This document shows positions 19,735-29,747 of a stretch of DNA of 64,000 nucleotides, piece after piece. The number at the start of each line of letters is the position of its first letter. The stretch's first letter is position 1. This DNA is from Candidatus Latescibacterota bacterium (GTDB lineage Bacteria; Latescibacterota; UBA2968): the NCBI GenBank assembly GCA_965198115.1, contig OZ240241.1, positions 2,432,001 through 2,496,000 on the forward strand. Direction: 5' to 3'. The notes under the pieces are model-generated. The model saw only the letters and a list, made by a program, of their open reading frames with translations, did no database searches and was not told where the DNA came from. Position numbers and translations under genes: made by a program.

Positions 19735-21099
19735 CTACGGAATCGGCGCGAGATTCAACCGATCGGAGGCTCGGTCCAACACGGTCGTATCCTTGCGGGC
19801 GTGGAGCGCCGCCTCTCGGGCCTGGGCGACCAGATGGATCGCCGCGCCCGGGGCGCGCGTGTCGCGAAACTCTTCGACCATCCCCTGATGATGCTTCATC
19901 CCGTGCATCTCGGTGGCGCTGTCCCTTGCCGCCCACAAACCCAGCTCCGCCACCAGCCGATCCACGTCGCCGCCGGTTCCGCAATAGGTTTGCGCGTGGC
20001 TGGCAGCTCCGTTCGCGTCGTTCTGAACGATCGCCTCTCTGATCTCCTCGATACTCGATCGACCTCCAAGCGGTGATAGCGGCTCCAGATCCACCCCCGA
20101 CTGGGTCTCGGGTCCGAGCGTCCACAGCAACAGCCCTCTCGCCCCCAGCGCCGGAAACCTCCTGCCGACCCATCGCAGTGCGTTCGCACCCGTCATCGCG
20201 TGTATCCCCATCGGATTGGTCGACTCGCTCCGCGAGAACACCTCGGACGCCGCCAGTGAAACCGCGTCGGTGGCGCCCATCAAAGAGAGTCCGCCAGACA
20301 GTGCGGCCGCGATCACCTCCGCCAGCTCCTCGAGTGGGTGCGATAGCAGATCCTGACACAGGGATCCGATTCCCGTATCCTCCGAATCCTCATCCAATTG
20401 GATTTCCGACGGCAACCTCTCACGGACAAGCTTCTCGACGCGTTCCGCCGGAGGCGCGTCTGCCCAGACGGAAGGCATGAAGTTATAACGCACGACGGGG
20501 CGCAACAGGATGGGCGCAAGGTCCCACCCCAGGAAATCCAGCAAGCGGATGCTGTTCACGACCGCGATCAGCTTGTGTTCGTCGAACCGATAGTTGTTGA
20601 CCGCCACCCCCGCCAACGCCTCGAGCGCCACCTCTCTCGGCGCGCGGTCGAGCAGCCAGAGGAAGTAGTGCTCGGCGGCATTCGGAACATTGCATCTGAG
20701 GCATCCATAGAACGCCTCCACCGTCGCCTCGATGCTTCCCTCGCCGACCGGGTCGATCTCCGGCATCACGTAAGGTCCCGAGGCTGCATCGTGGATGTGC
20801 GCATTCGCCAGGGCCACATCCTGGACCAGCGGCAACAGACGTTCCTTCTCCGGCAGTCGTGTCATCGTATGCCGGATGCCGTGGAGCGCTGCCACCGGAT
20901 GCAAAGGACCCCCGTGATGCACGAACGGCATCTCCGTCGATCGGATCACGGCCAGCGTGAGCGCGGTCATCATCCGCTCTTCGGAGGCCCCTTCGAGAAG
21001 CTTTGCCGTCGTCTCCTCGACGATCTTCTCAGGCGGCGTTTCCTCGATGAAATGAACTAGGGGCTCGATGTCCTCGGAAAAGCGAATCCCCTGAGCCAT
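19735..21099 (-). CDS. Hypothetical helical protein with His-containing motifs
   Basis: 454-aa ORF with GAGG RBS; HHGGPLH, DEHK, GIHA, MHGMKH. Confidence 0.75.
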   Translation of the reverse strand: MAQGIRFSEDIEPLVHFIEETPPEKIVEETTAKLLEGASEERMMTALTLAVIRSTEMPFVHHGGPLHPVAALHGIRHTMTRLPEKERLLPLVQDVALANAHIHDAASGPYVMPEIDPVGEGSIEATVEAFYGCLRCNVPNAAEHYFLWLLDRAPREVALEALAGVAVNNYRFDEHKLIAVVNSIRLLDFLGWDLAPILLRPVVRYNFMPSVWADAPPAERVEKLVRERLPSEIQLDEDSEDTGIGSLCQDLLSHPLEELAEVIAAALSGGLSLMGATDAVSLAASEVFSRSESTNPMGIHAMTGANALRWVGRRFPALGARGLLLWTLGPETQSGVDLEPLSPLGGRSSIEEIREAIVQNDANGAASHAQTYCGTGGDVDRLVAELGLWAARDSATEMHGMKHHQGMVEEFRDTRAPGAAIHLVAQAREAALHARKDTTVLDRASDRLNLAPIP

Positions 21100-21221
21100 A
21101 CGATCGTCCTCTCAGATCCTATTGCGAGTTCGATGATCGAAACGGGCAGTCGTGCTCGTTTTCATTCCACCGCACCGTCCCGCTTCGATCGATTGTGGAT
21201 ACGTGGCAAGCAGAGCCTACG

Positions 21222-21260
21222 CATCGCGACCAAGATGCGATGACAGGGAACGCTGTGCAA
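21222..21260 (-). promoter_or_regulatory. Dispersed promoter-like element (P) copy 3
   Basis: TTGCAC-N17-CATCTT-GGTCGCG-ATG. Confidence 0.55.
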
Positions 21261-21333
21261 TTGCGACCGATTGGGACAATTACACACCTTCACGCAGAAG
21301 AGTGGATATAGATACTCAAACCCATTTTGCGCA

Positions 21334-22707
21334 GAGCTATAATCAAAAGGTGTGGAAAAAGAGAAAGGGCGACCCTACCCTTCCCGTGAGATAGTTGATT
21401 CACACAAAACCGGGTGAGAGGCCCGGTTGGGAAGGAGGATCGCCGTGAAGGAACATACGCATAGAGCCCCATTGAAGTCCATGCCGACGTGGGAGACGGT
21501 TGACGATTGGATCCGTGAAGAGATCCAGGGCCGGTTCCAGTCCATTCTGGAGGAGGAGGCGACCGCGTTCTTGGGCCGGTCGTGGTATGAGCGCCGAGCC
21601 GAGGTCGATAGCTCCAGGGGCTACAGGAACGGCTACGGCAAGCCCCGGCGTCTCTCGACGAGCTGCGGAACGATCAAGGTCCGGCGTCCCCGGGTTCGTG
21701 GTCTGGAAGAGCGGTTTGAAAGCCGCATCCTCCCCCTGTTCGCCCGGAGAACCAGGGCCATTGGAGATCTGCTTCCCGACCTTTATCTCCACGGTCTCTC
21801 CCAGGGCGACTTCGAGTTGTCTTTGCGTGCGCTGCTCGGTGATGGCGCGCCGCTTTCGCCGACCTCGATCGCTCGTCTTCGAGGGAAGTGGGAGGTCGAC
21901 TTCCAGGACTGGAAAGAAAGGCGTCTGGATAATCGCGAACTGGTCTACGCCTGGGCTGATGGCATCTACGTCAAAGCCGGGCTCGAGCGCGAGAAGGCGT
22001 GTCTGCTGGTCGTGATCGGCGCGATGAGCGACGGCAGCAAGGAGATCCTGCCGATAGAACCCGGTTATCGAGAGTCTACAGAATCCTGGCTCACGGTGCT
22101 ACGGGATCTCCGGGATCGCGGGCTCGAACATCCTGTCCTGATCGCCGCGGACGGGAATATGGGCATCTGGGCGGCCGTTGATCAGGTCTGGCCAGAGAGC
22201 CGGCAACAACGGTGCTGGAACCACAAGATCCTCAACGTGCTCGACAAGGTCGCCAAGCGTGCACAGGCTGAAGCCCGCGCACTGCTCGTCCAGATCCCCT
22301 ATGCCGGCACGAAAAAGGAGGCCGAGAAGCTCCGGAAACGCTTTGCCGCACGGTATCGCTCACAGTTCCCTGCCGCCGTGGAGACGCTCGAAAGAGACTG
22401 GGATCGGATGGTCACGTTCTACGACTTCCCGAAGGAACACTGGAAACACCTGAGAACCACGAACGTCGTCGAGAGCCCCTTTGCTTCCGTTCGGCTTCGC
22501 ACAAACGCCGCCAGGCGATTCAAGAAAGTCAGGAACGCCACGACTCTCATCTGGCGTACGCTCAAGGTCGCAGAGAGCCGATTCAGGAAACTCACCGCGC
22601 CACACTTGCTACAACAAGTCTACGATCAGAAACACTCAACCGGACCGCAGGTCGAAGCCGGGAAGATGGCCGCCTGATTTCTTTTACACACCTATTGACC
22701 TGAGCTC
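21334..22707 (+). mobile_element. IS256-family IS
   Basis: IRs GAGCTATAATCAAAAGGTGTG / GAGCTCAGGTCAATAGGTGTG; 9-bp flanks TTTTGCGCA/TTTTGCGAA. Confidence 0.9.
21445..22677 (+). CDS. IS256 (Mutator) transposase, intact
   Basis: YRNGY, WADG, ADG, QQRCWNH, RTTNVVES; AGGAGG before GTG. Confidence 0.95.
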   Translation: MKEHTHRAPLKSMPTWETVDDWIREEIQGRFQSILEEEATAFLGRSWYERRAEVDSSRGYRNGYGKPRRLSTSCGTIKVRRPRVRGLEERFESRILPLFARRTRAIGDLLPDLYLHGLSQGDFELSLRALLGDGAPLSPTSIARLRGKWEVDFQDWKERRLDNRELVYAWADGIYVKAGLEREKACLLVVIGAMSDGSKEILPIEPGYRESTESWLTVLRDLRDRGLEHPVLIAADGNMGIWAAVDQVWPESRQQRCWNHKILNVLDKVAKRAQAEARALLVQIPYAGTKKEAEKLRKRFAARYRSQFPAAVETLERDWDRMVTFYDFPKEHWKHLRTTNVVESPFASVRLRTNAARRFKKVRNATTLIWRTLKVAESRFRKLTAPHLLQQVYDQKHSTGPQVEAGKMAA

Positions 22708-22728
22708 TTTTGCGAACCTCATTTCGCG

Positions 22729-23014
22729 TCTTCTCTTTTGTGACCAAAGAGAAGCTGAAAAGTCCCGTTTCCCTCGGTACAGCCGCTTACGCGGCCACTC
22801 GGGACAGGCACGCGCCGCGGGGGCTTGTGGCCCACGCCGGCAGTACGATCCAGCTTGGTGACGGCTGTGGTGGTGACCCGGGGTCAGGATGTGAAACAGC
22901 CTCGTTGCTCGTGGCCGCCTTTACCTGGTCCGCTATTGCGTGGGAGATGGGCTGTCTCAACAGTCTTAAGGAGCGCTTGGTTTTCTAAATCCATCCACAT
23001 TGAAGCGTGGAACC
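22729..23014 (-). repeat. Long dispersed repeat (L) copy 3 with nested REP
   Basis: Aligns with copies at 524 and 10970. Confidence 0.85.
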
Positions 23015-23076
23015 CTCATAAGTTTTCATGACGAAAGCTTCGCAGTTTATGTAGCCGTGGACGAAACTCGATGGGC

Positions 23077-23105
23077 TTGACAGAGCAGTTGGCACCCTGT
23101 ATGAT
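23077..23105 (+). promoter_or_regulatory. Near-consensus sigma70 promoter
   Basis: TTGACA-N17-TATGAT. Confidence 0.7.
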
Positions 23106-23191
23106 GCGACACCGCCCCGCCGGAGGAATCCGAGCGGGGCGTTTCCTTTCCCATCTGCTACCCGCCCCTTGCGTAACGGAGGAGGTATGGC

Positions 23192-23380
23192 GTGCAGAAT
23201 CTCACGAACATTCTCGTTGGACTGTCTTTGCTGGCTTTTGTGCTGGCCGTCGTCGGGGCGGCGGTGACACACGGCAGCATGCTTGGTGTTGCACCCGAAG
23301 GCTATTCGAGGGCCTGCAGCAATCTCGCGCTGATTTCACTCGCACTGCGTTTCTGTACTGGTCAGCGCGAAGCTCAATAG
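23192..23380 (+). CDS. Small membrane protein (62 aa)
   Basis: GGAGGAGG RBS, two hydrophobic segments. Confidence 0.7.
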   Translation: MQNLTNILVGLSLLAFVLAVVGAAVTHGSMLGVAPEGYSRACSNLALISLALRFCTGQREAQ

Positions 23381-23457
23381 CCTCGCCAGATCATCGGTGG
23401 CTTTCGGACTTGGTTAAGGGGTTGGGCTGCATCAAATATGGATCAGATGCGTCGCGC

Positions 23458-24207
23458 CTACACGAATTTCAGATCCGCCCAGACGCCAGCGTGGTCGGAA
23501 GGCCATAGGGTCGGGTCGTTCGGGTCGGGCTTGTTGAAGCAGACGCCGCTGGCCTCGACTTCGAGCGGGCCCGCCACCCAGATGTAATCGATACACCGAT
23601 CCATGCGATCCCAATAGGGATGTGAGATGGTTCCATCCGTGTCTTCAAGAGGGGTGAAGGCGGTGGGCTCGGTCTGCGTCGGGTGGAATCGTGTTGCCAT
23701 CAGGCCCGCGGAAGGCATGCCCAGCGTGGCGTTGAAATCGCCGCACACAACACGTGCCTCGACATCGTTTCGGGATTCGATCCACGCCATGAGTTGCTGA
23801 ACCTGAAATAGCCTGAGTGAATCGTCGCCCCGCGACCCGTAAAGGTGGGTCACGTAAACATCCAGCACCCGTTCCTCGATCTCTACCCTCGCCACTTGCG
23901 CCACTGTATTCAGGGTTCGGTAATCCAGATTAGCCGTTTCAACGACAGGGTGGCGCGTCAGAATGGCCTCACCATCGACGGTTGACGAGCCGTTGGTCTT
24001 GGATTGTTGGATCAGCGCATAGGATATTCCGAGCGTTTCCTCGGCCCATTGTTGAAGCCAGCGCCCCGTCTGCTTGGGGATGCAGACCTCGTTGAGTGCG
24101 AGTATGTCGGGTTTGAGTGCCTCCACTTCCCCGACAACAAGATCTCTCCTCGCTTCCCAGCGTTTGTGGTTCTGCTCGTGATTCAGTGTGGCGACCCTGA
24201 AGCCCAT
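23458..24207 (-). CDS. Endonuclease/exonuclease/phosphatase family protein
   Basis: ATLN, LNEV, THL, GDFN, IDYI, SDH. Confidence 0.9.
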   Translation of the reverse strand: MGFRVATLNHEQNHKRWEARRDLVVGEVEALKPDILALNEVCIPKQTGRWLQQWAEETLGISYALIQQSKTNGSSTVDGEAILTRHPVVETANLDYRTLNTVAQVARVEIEERVLDVYVTHLYGSRGDDSLRLFQVQQLMAWIESRNDVEARVVCGDFNATLGMPSAGLMATRFHPTQTEPTAFTPLEDTDGTISHPYWDRMDRCIDYIWVAGPLEVEASGVCFNKPDPNDPTLWPSDHAGVWADLKFV

Positions 24208-24312
24208 GTGCCCTGTTTTTCAAAGATGAGGGGTGACATAGCAAACTGAGTGACTCGCGGGGTTCGTTTCCTCAGAGGTCGGATTACGGCCGATTGGGGA
24301 AGCGCCGGTTTC

Positions 24313-25371
24313 TCAAGACTTCACACCTTCAACAATGCTCGTGCCAAAGTTGTCTTGTAGGGGTGTGATGGATTTTACCGCAAAGTTCGCGGTAGCGAAC
24401 AGATCTTCCCATTGCTTCTGGGTTCGCTCCTTACCCGGGATGAACACCATCATATCGATGTCGAGGAACTTGCCGGGCGGACTCCCCGTATCCCCCATGG
24501 GTGGCAATACGGCGTCGATGCAGATCACACGCCCGTCGCCCTCCATACTGGTATGGCAATTCTCGAGAAGCTTGATGCATCGAGCATCGTCCCAATCGTG
24601 GATGATGTGTTTCATGATGTAGACTTCAGCCGGTGGTACCGCCTCGAACATATCTCCGCCAGCGAACTCGAGTCTCGATGCGACCTCCGTGTCTTCATCC
24701 GCCAGATGCTTCTGCGCGATCGGAATGAGACTCGGGACGTCAAGAACGACGCCCTTCATGCCGCCATACTTGGCCAACACGGCAAGGGCGAGGTGTCCGA
24801 ATCCTCCTCCCACATCCGCGACTTTCTTGACGCCCGTCAAGTCACAGGATTCGAGGAGACCCCGTATGGAATTGAGGCTATTGGACTTCATGGCCTCCCC
24901 GAAATCTTCCATCTCCTTGGGGTTCGCTATGCAGTAGTCCCAGTACTCCATGCCGAGTTGAGCCTTCGCCTGCGGCCCTCCCGTCCTGATGGCGTCAAAC
25001 AGACCGGTCCAGACTTTCCACCACGTACCCCCGAAGCATTCGGTCAGTTTCTTAACTGACGCGGATGAATTCAACGTGAGCACTTCGGACAGCGGGGTGG
25101 GTCCGAACGTGCCGCTGGCATCCTCAGTGAAGATGCCGACGCTCGCGCAGGCACGCAGAATCCGCTCGAGGAACTCGGGATTGGCCTCGACGTCGTGGTT
25201 CTGGACGAGCTCCGATGCCGTCAGCGATCCGTGCTCCTGGAGTAGATCGGGAACGTCCAGACGGGTCACAGAAGAAATCGTCTGAGACACCCACGCTCCC
25301 ATGACCATCTGCATCACGATTGCCTGTGGTGGGATATCCGTAGCAGGCCCCTGCTCAGCATTCGGTGCCAT
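24313..25371 (-). CDS. SAM-dependent O-methyltransferase (Methyltransf_2)
   Basis: DVGGGFG, GDMF, IIHDWDD, GKERT. Confidence 0.92.
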   Translation of the reverse strand: MAPNAEQGPATDIPPQAIVMQMVMGAWVSQTISSVTRLDVPDLLQEHGSLTASELVQNHDVEANPEFLERILRACASVGIFTEDASGTFGPTPLSEVLTLNSSASVKKLTECFGGTWWKVWTGLFDAIRTGGPQAKAQLGMEYWDYCIANPKEMEDFGEAMKSNSLNSIRGLLESCDLTGVKKVADVGGGFGHLALAVLAKYGGMKGVVLDVPSLIPIAQKHLADEDTEVASRLEFAGGDMFEAVPPAEVYIMKHIIHDWDDARCIKLLENCHTSMEGDGRVICIDAVLPPMGDTGSPPGKFLDIDMMVFIPGKERTQKQWEDLFATANFAVKSITPLQDNFGTSIVEGVKS

Positions 25372-25882
25372 CCTGTCCTCCTTTCGTGCTCCGGCTTATG
25401 GAATTGCTCTACTCTTGATACTCCACCGGCACCCGCACCGGAAACGCGCTTCCCTGTCCCACCTCACTCTTCGCACCGATCGTCCCACCCAGAAACGGCG
25501 AGCGGGCGGTTTGTCTCTTTCACAATCGAACGACGTAATATAGGTCTCACTTCTGTAGGTTGGGGGAACGGATACGACTACGTGAGGTCTGAGCGCTTCA
25601 GCCAGCCTTTGGTGTAGGCAGGCCAGAGGGTCACCCAGGCGGCCATCATCATCCCGATGACCAGCGCCCGACTCTTCGGCAGAAGCGCACCTCCGTCGGG
25701 TGGTGGCGAGACTCGGTCTTCTGCAGGCAAGAGGTTTTCCTTTAGGGCACCTTCCTACGAGATCGAGGGCCGACGTCCGCCAGGCGCCCCCCGGAGCGTA
25801 CCACAGGACACGTATTGGGGGTAACTCGTAGTTCGTCCGGGTCAGCGGGGCGACACGCTCGACAGGTTCTCCTTCTCCCTTC

Positions 25883-27526
25883 TCACCGTGTGGTACGTGC
25901 GAGTGCTTCAAAGGCGCGAGCGACGGCCTCGGCTCCCGGGTCTGCGAATCCGGCCAGGCGGTCGCCGCCTACGTAGGATGATCTTCCGGCTATAGCCTTT
26001 TTCATTCTGGCTGTTTCGTCGGCCCCTTTTCGGGCCGCTTTTGCGGCGACGGCGATCGATTTTCCTTTCAGGAGCGCTTCGAGCCCCGGCAGGAGGGCAT
26101 CCAGCATGGTCCTGTCTCCGCGTTGTGCCCCGCCATACTGCATCATCTGCTTCGCCCCTTCCATCGTTGCGGACGGCCAGTCCGCTCTCTGTCCGTAAGC
26201 CTTTGCCGCTGAGGCGAAGAGGATCGCCATCAAAACGCCACTCGACCCGCCCATGTTCTGCGACAGTATATCGCTGAGTGTTTCGGCGAGCTCTGCTCCG
26301 TCAGCGCACGGCAGTTGATCGAGGTTGCGCCGTATGACGCGGGCCGCATTGCCGAAGGTCGTCCCCGTATCTCCATCTCCGGTACGTGAATCGAGGCGAT
26401 TGAGATCATCCTCGGCCGACACCAACGCTTTGCAGACGGCCTGGATGACGGCTCGTGCCGTCGGACCCGACGAGGCCGCGTGTCTCTTTTTCACTCCGGT
26501 TTTCGGCAGTTTGGCGGTTCTTACTTTGCCTTTCACGCGCACCCCGGGCCAACCGGGAACGCCCACCTCTGACAGGAGTGCCTTCTTTCGCTGCCCGGTC
26601 AGCCGCACGAGGGAGAGTGAGAAGCCGTTCATGTCGAGGGAGGTCATCAGGTGTGCGGGCCCGATGACCACATCGACTCTGTCGGCCAGCTTCGTCTTTC
26701 CAAAAGCGTGCGCGAGGATCGTCATTTCAAGCGGAGGAACCGCGCCGAGATTGTTGATCAGCAGCGCATACCGACTTCTGGAGGCGCCGATCGCTTTCTC
26801 GAGTCTGGCTGAAGCCATTCCGATCAGCCGTGTTGCGGATGCGAAGGCGATGCGTGAGACACCCGGTTCCCCGTGAATGCCGAGTCCCATTTCGGCCTCA
26901 TCGTCCTCGAGGTAGGCCTCTTTTATGCTCCCGGGAACGGTACACGTATCGAGCGAGAGACCGATCGAACAGGATTCATCAGCCGTCGTTCGTGCCACCT
27001 TCGTGACCTGCGCGAGCGACTGCCCCTCCGCTGCCGCATAGCCTGCAACCTTATGTACGAACAGCGTCCCTGCCACACCGCGGGGTTGGTGCGCTCCCGG
27101 TATGGCGATGTCGTCCCCCACGATCACCATTTCCACTTTACGGCCCATCGCTTTGGCGCGCTCAGCTGCGAGACCGAAGTTCAACCGATCGCCGGTGTAG
27201 TTCTTCACGATCAGAAGACAACCTGCGTCTCCGGTCATCGCAAGGATGGCCGAGAAAACGGCTTCCACCGTGGGGGACGCGAAGATTTCCCCGCACACGG
27301 CGGCCGTCAACATGCCCTCACCGACAAAGCCAGCGTGCGCCGGTTCGTGGCCGGACCCTCCCCCTGAAACAAGCGCGACCTTCGATTTATCCCAATCCGT
27401 CCGGACGATCACTTTGGTGTGGGGATAGCCCTCCAGACGGGCCAGCTTTTCGTTGGTCGTCGTCGCCAGGAACCCATCGATCGCTTCGGTAACGATGTGG
27501 GTCTTTGCGTTTATGAACCGCTTCAT
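25883..27526 (-). CDS. dhaK: Dihydroxyacetone kinase, fused DhaK-DhaL
   Basis: GGGSGHEPAH, KNYTGDRLNF, GIHGEPG, GDGDTG, GDRTMLDAL. Confidence 0.92.
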   Translation of the reverse strand: MKRFINAKTHIVTEAIDGFLATTTNEKLARLEGYPHTKVIVRTDWDKSKVALVSGGGSGHEPAHAGFVGEGMLTAAVCGEIFASPTVEAVFSAILAMTGDAGCLLIVKNYTGDRLNFGLAAERAKAMGRKVEMVIVGDDIAIPGAHQPRGVAGTLFVHKVAGYAAAEGQSLAQVTKVARTTADESCSIGLSLDTCTVPGSIKEAYLEDDEAEMGLGIHGEPGVSRIAFASATRLIGMASARLEKAIGASRSRYALLINNLGAVPPLEMTILAHAFGKTKLADRVDVVIGPAHLMTSLDMNGFSLSLVRLTGQRKKALLSEVGVPGWPGVRVKGKVRTAKLPKTGVKKRHAASSGPTARAVIQAVCKALVSAEDDLNRLDSRTGDGDTGTTFGNAARVIRRNLDQLPCADGAELAETLSDILSQNMGGSSGVLMAILFASAAKAYGQRADWPSATMEGAKQMMQYGGAQRGDRTMLDALLPGLEALLKGKSIAVAAKAARKGADETARMKKAIAGRSSYVGGDRLAGFADPGAEAVARAFEALARTTR

Positions 27527-27605
27527 CGAGTCTCACTCAGCGTGGGTTTGCGTGTCTCTGCCACATCGATCTACTCACGGCCTCTCCACTCCTACGCCTA
27601 CGCCT

Positions 27606-28499
27606 CTACGGCAACAGGCGATAAGCTTCGGGCGGTGTGGCCGACGGGATGCGATGTGCCTCGGTCCGCTGCTGCGGCATATCGGTCGGGACGTATTTTT
27701 TCCCAAGCACCCTTTCAGGCATTGGAAGTTCGTCGTAGGTGATACCCTGTGGACGCAGAAACGGCTCGGCGTAAGCGCAGCCGGCGATCATCCCCCATCG
27801 GCCATCCCGGGCCTCGACGACCCACCGCGCACAATCCTCCTGATAGCCCTGGCTGACCAGCTGATCGATGGCGTGCACCTTCTTCTCGATGACGGGGGTC
27901 GTATCGATCCACACATCGGGCACGATCCCCCCGCCGAATACATTGCGCGAATTCAATTCCTCGCCGCCGGCGAACGAAAAGAAGACCTGCTTCACCCGGT
28001 GAGGCGCGATCCCATCGAATTGGGGCACTCTGTTGGCCGCCGTCCGCACTGCGCTCATCGTAATCTGGCCGACGATCGGGTGGTCGTCCTCGATATCACC
28101 CGCGCCCGTGGGCAAGTGGCTGATCACGATGTCGGGCCGAACCCTCAGGATGATCTCGCAGATCTCGACCACCTTCTCTCGCGAAAACGCGACCTCCTGA
28201 TCGGTCCACCCCAAAAACAGCAGCTCCTCGACCCCCAGGATCTCACCAATCCGCTCGGCCTCCCGCTGCTTGAAATCCCGGTACTGGGCGAGCGTCATCG
28301 TGGCCAGCGCCGGGTCACGCTCGTCCTCGGGCTTGGCTTCCTCGTCGTGTAGCCACTGCATGTGGTGGCGTTCGCCGTGTGTGACTATCACGCTAGTAAT
28401 GTGGTCGCCCCGCTCGGCGTGGAGGGCGATCGTGCCTGCGGCCTCGGTCGCACTGTCGGCGGGGTGTGGGTAGACAACCAGAATCTTGAATTTTTCCAC
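27606..28499 (-). CDS. PIG-L family deacetylase
   Basis: PHPAD, THGE, RPDIVISH, DH, YAEPF. Confidence 0.85.
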   Translation of the reverse strand: MEKFKILVVYPHPADSATEAAGTIALHAERGDHITSVIVTHGERHHMQWLHDEEAKPEDERDPALATMTLAQYRDFKQREAERIGEILGVEELLFLGWTDQEVAFSREKVVEICEIILRVRPDIVISHLPTGAGDIEDDHPIVGQITMSAVRTAANRVPQFDGIAPHRVKQVFFSFAGGEELNSRNVFGGGIVPDVWIDTTPVIEKKVHAIDQLVSQGYQEDCARWVVEARDGRWGMIAGCAYAEPFLRPQGITYDELPMPERVLGKKYVPTDMPQQRTEAHRIPSATPPEAYRLLP

Positions 28500-28600
28500 A
28501 GCGTCGCTCCTTCAAAAAAGACAGGCCCGCTCTGAGGACCCATCCCTGACGAGGTCGAGGGCTCGAGAGCAGGACGGTTCTTCACCCACACGGAAGTGTA

Positions 28601-29671
28601 TCAAGGAAGCCGCGGAATCACCTCTGTTGCCATGAGCTCCATCGACCTGCGCATCTTGGGCTTGTCGTCCCAGTCGTGCGCGATCATCAGAATCGTGCCG
28701 AATCCTCCGGTCGTCTCGTAGAGATCGCGAAGTTTCCGAGTCACCGTGTCGACGCCGCCGACGATGGCGATGTTGTCGACGATGTAGTCCGCATCGACCG
28801 CCTCGTCGGTCATGGCGGGATCGATCTTCGGCAAAGCGAGCTTGCCGGCATTCTCGAGCATCCCTCGTAAGTACATGAGCGATCCGATGAACGGGCCGTT
28901 CAGCGCGTGCGCTCGGGCCTCTTCATCCGATTCCCCGACGAAAATGCTGCGGGAGATTCGCCAATCGGAGCGATCCGGTTCCGCACGTCCCGCTTCGACA
29001 GCGCCTTCGCAGCAGAGCTCCCAGTGACGCTTCACCTTGTGCGGTAGGGCCATGTTGATGCTGATCGGACTGAACCCTCTCTGACCGCACGCGCGGGCCG
29101 CCATCGATTCCTCCTGCACGATACTCATCGCGATCGGAGGGTGTGGCTGCTGGTAGGGCCGCAGAAGCTTGCCCAACCCCAGATGTGGAATCTCCCGGTC
29201 GATCTTAACCTCCCAATTGTCCCCCTTGAACTCGAACGGCACATCCGCCTCCCACAACTTGAACACGATGTCCATCGCCTCGATGGTCATCAACCCCTGC
29301 GTCCTCGGATCCGGAAGATCGAACAATCCCCAATCGGTCGGCACACCCCCCTGCCCAAAGCCCACATTCAGCCTGCCCTTCGACAGGTGGTCGAGATAGG
29401 CCAGCCGGACGGCCACGTTGGACGGATGGTGCTGGGTGATGATCGTCACGCCAGTGCCCAATCGAATGTTTTTCGTTTGCGGTATGACGTGAGCGATGAA
29501 AAGGTCGTTCGACGGGATCGGCTCCCACGCAGCCGTGTGGTGCTGACCGATCCAGGCTTCGCTGAAGCCAAGCTCATCCGCCAGAATGATGCACTCCGTA
29601 TCCTCTTCAAAGGTCTGCGTCCGATCCTTCTCAGGAGGATGCAGCGGCATCATGAACGAACCGACCTTCAT
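28601..29671 (-). CDS. LLM-class flavin-dependent monooxygenase
   Basis: AWIGQHH, IRLGTGV, LDHLSKGRL, PYQQPHPP. Confidence 0.92.
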   Translation of the reverse strand: MKVGSFMMPLHPPEKDRTQTFEEDTECIILADELGFSEAWIGQHHTAAWEPIPSNDLFIAHVIPQTKNIRLGTGVTIITQHHPSNVAVRLAYLDHLSKGRLNVGFGQGGVPTDWGLFDLPDPRTQGLMTIEAMDIVFKLWEADVPFEFKGDNWEVKIDREIPHLGLGKLLRPYQQPHPPIAMSIVQEESMAARACGQRGFSPISINMALPHKVKRHWELCCEGAVEAGRAEPDRSDWRISRSIFVGESDEEARAHALNGPFIGSLMYLRGMLENAGKLALPKIDPAMTDEAVDADYIVDNIAIVGGVDTVTRKLRDLYETTGGFGTILMIAHDWDDKPKMRRSMELMATEVIPRLP

Positions 29672-29747
29672 GGTTCACCTCTCGGGAGTTTGAGTTGGAG
29701 GGCCGAATTGCCACCGTGCGAATTTACGTCGGCGGTCGTGGATAGAC

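Noticed and set aside
21270-21300. TTACACACCT resembling the IS256 right end
   Set aside because: Only a 10-bp match with no partner end.
25396-25911. 171-aa minus-strand ORF between the methyltransferase and dhaK
   Set aside because: No recognisable motifs or RBS, and it overlaps dhaK. Likely intergenic or decayed.
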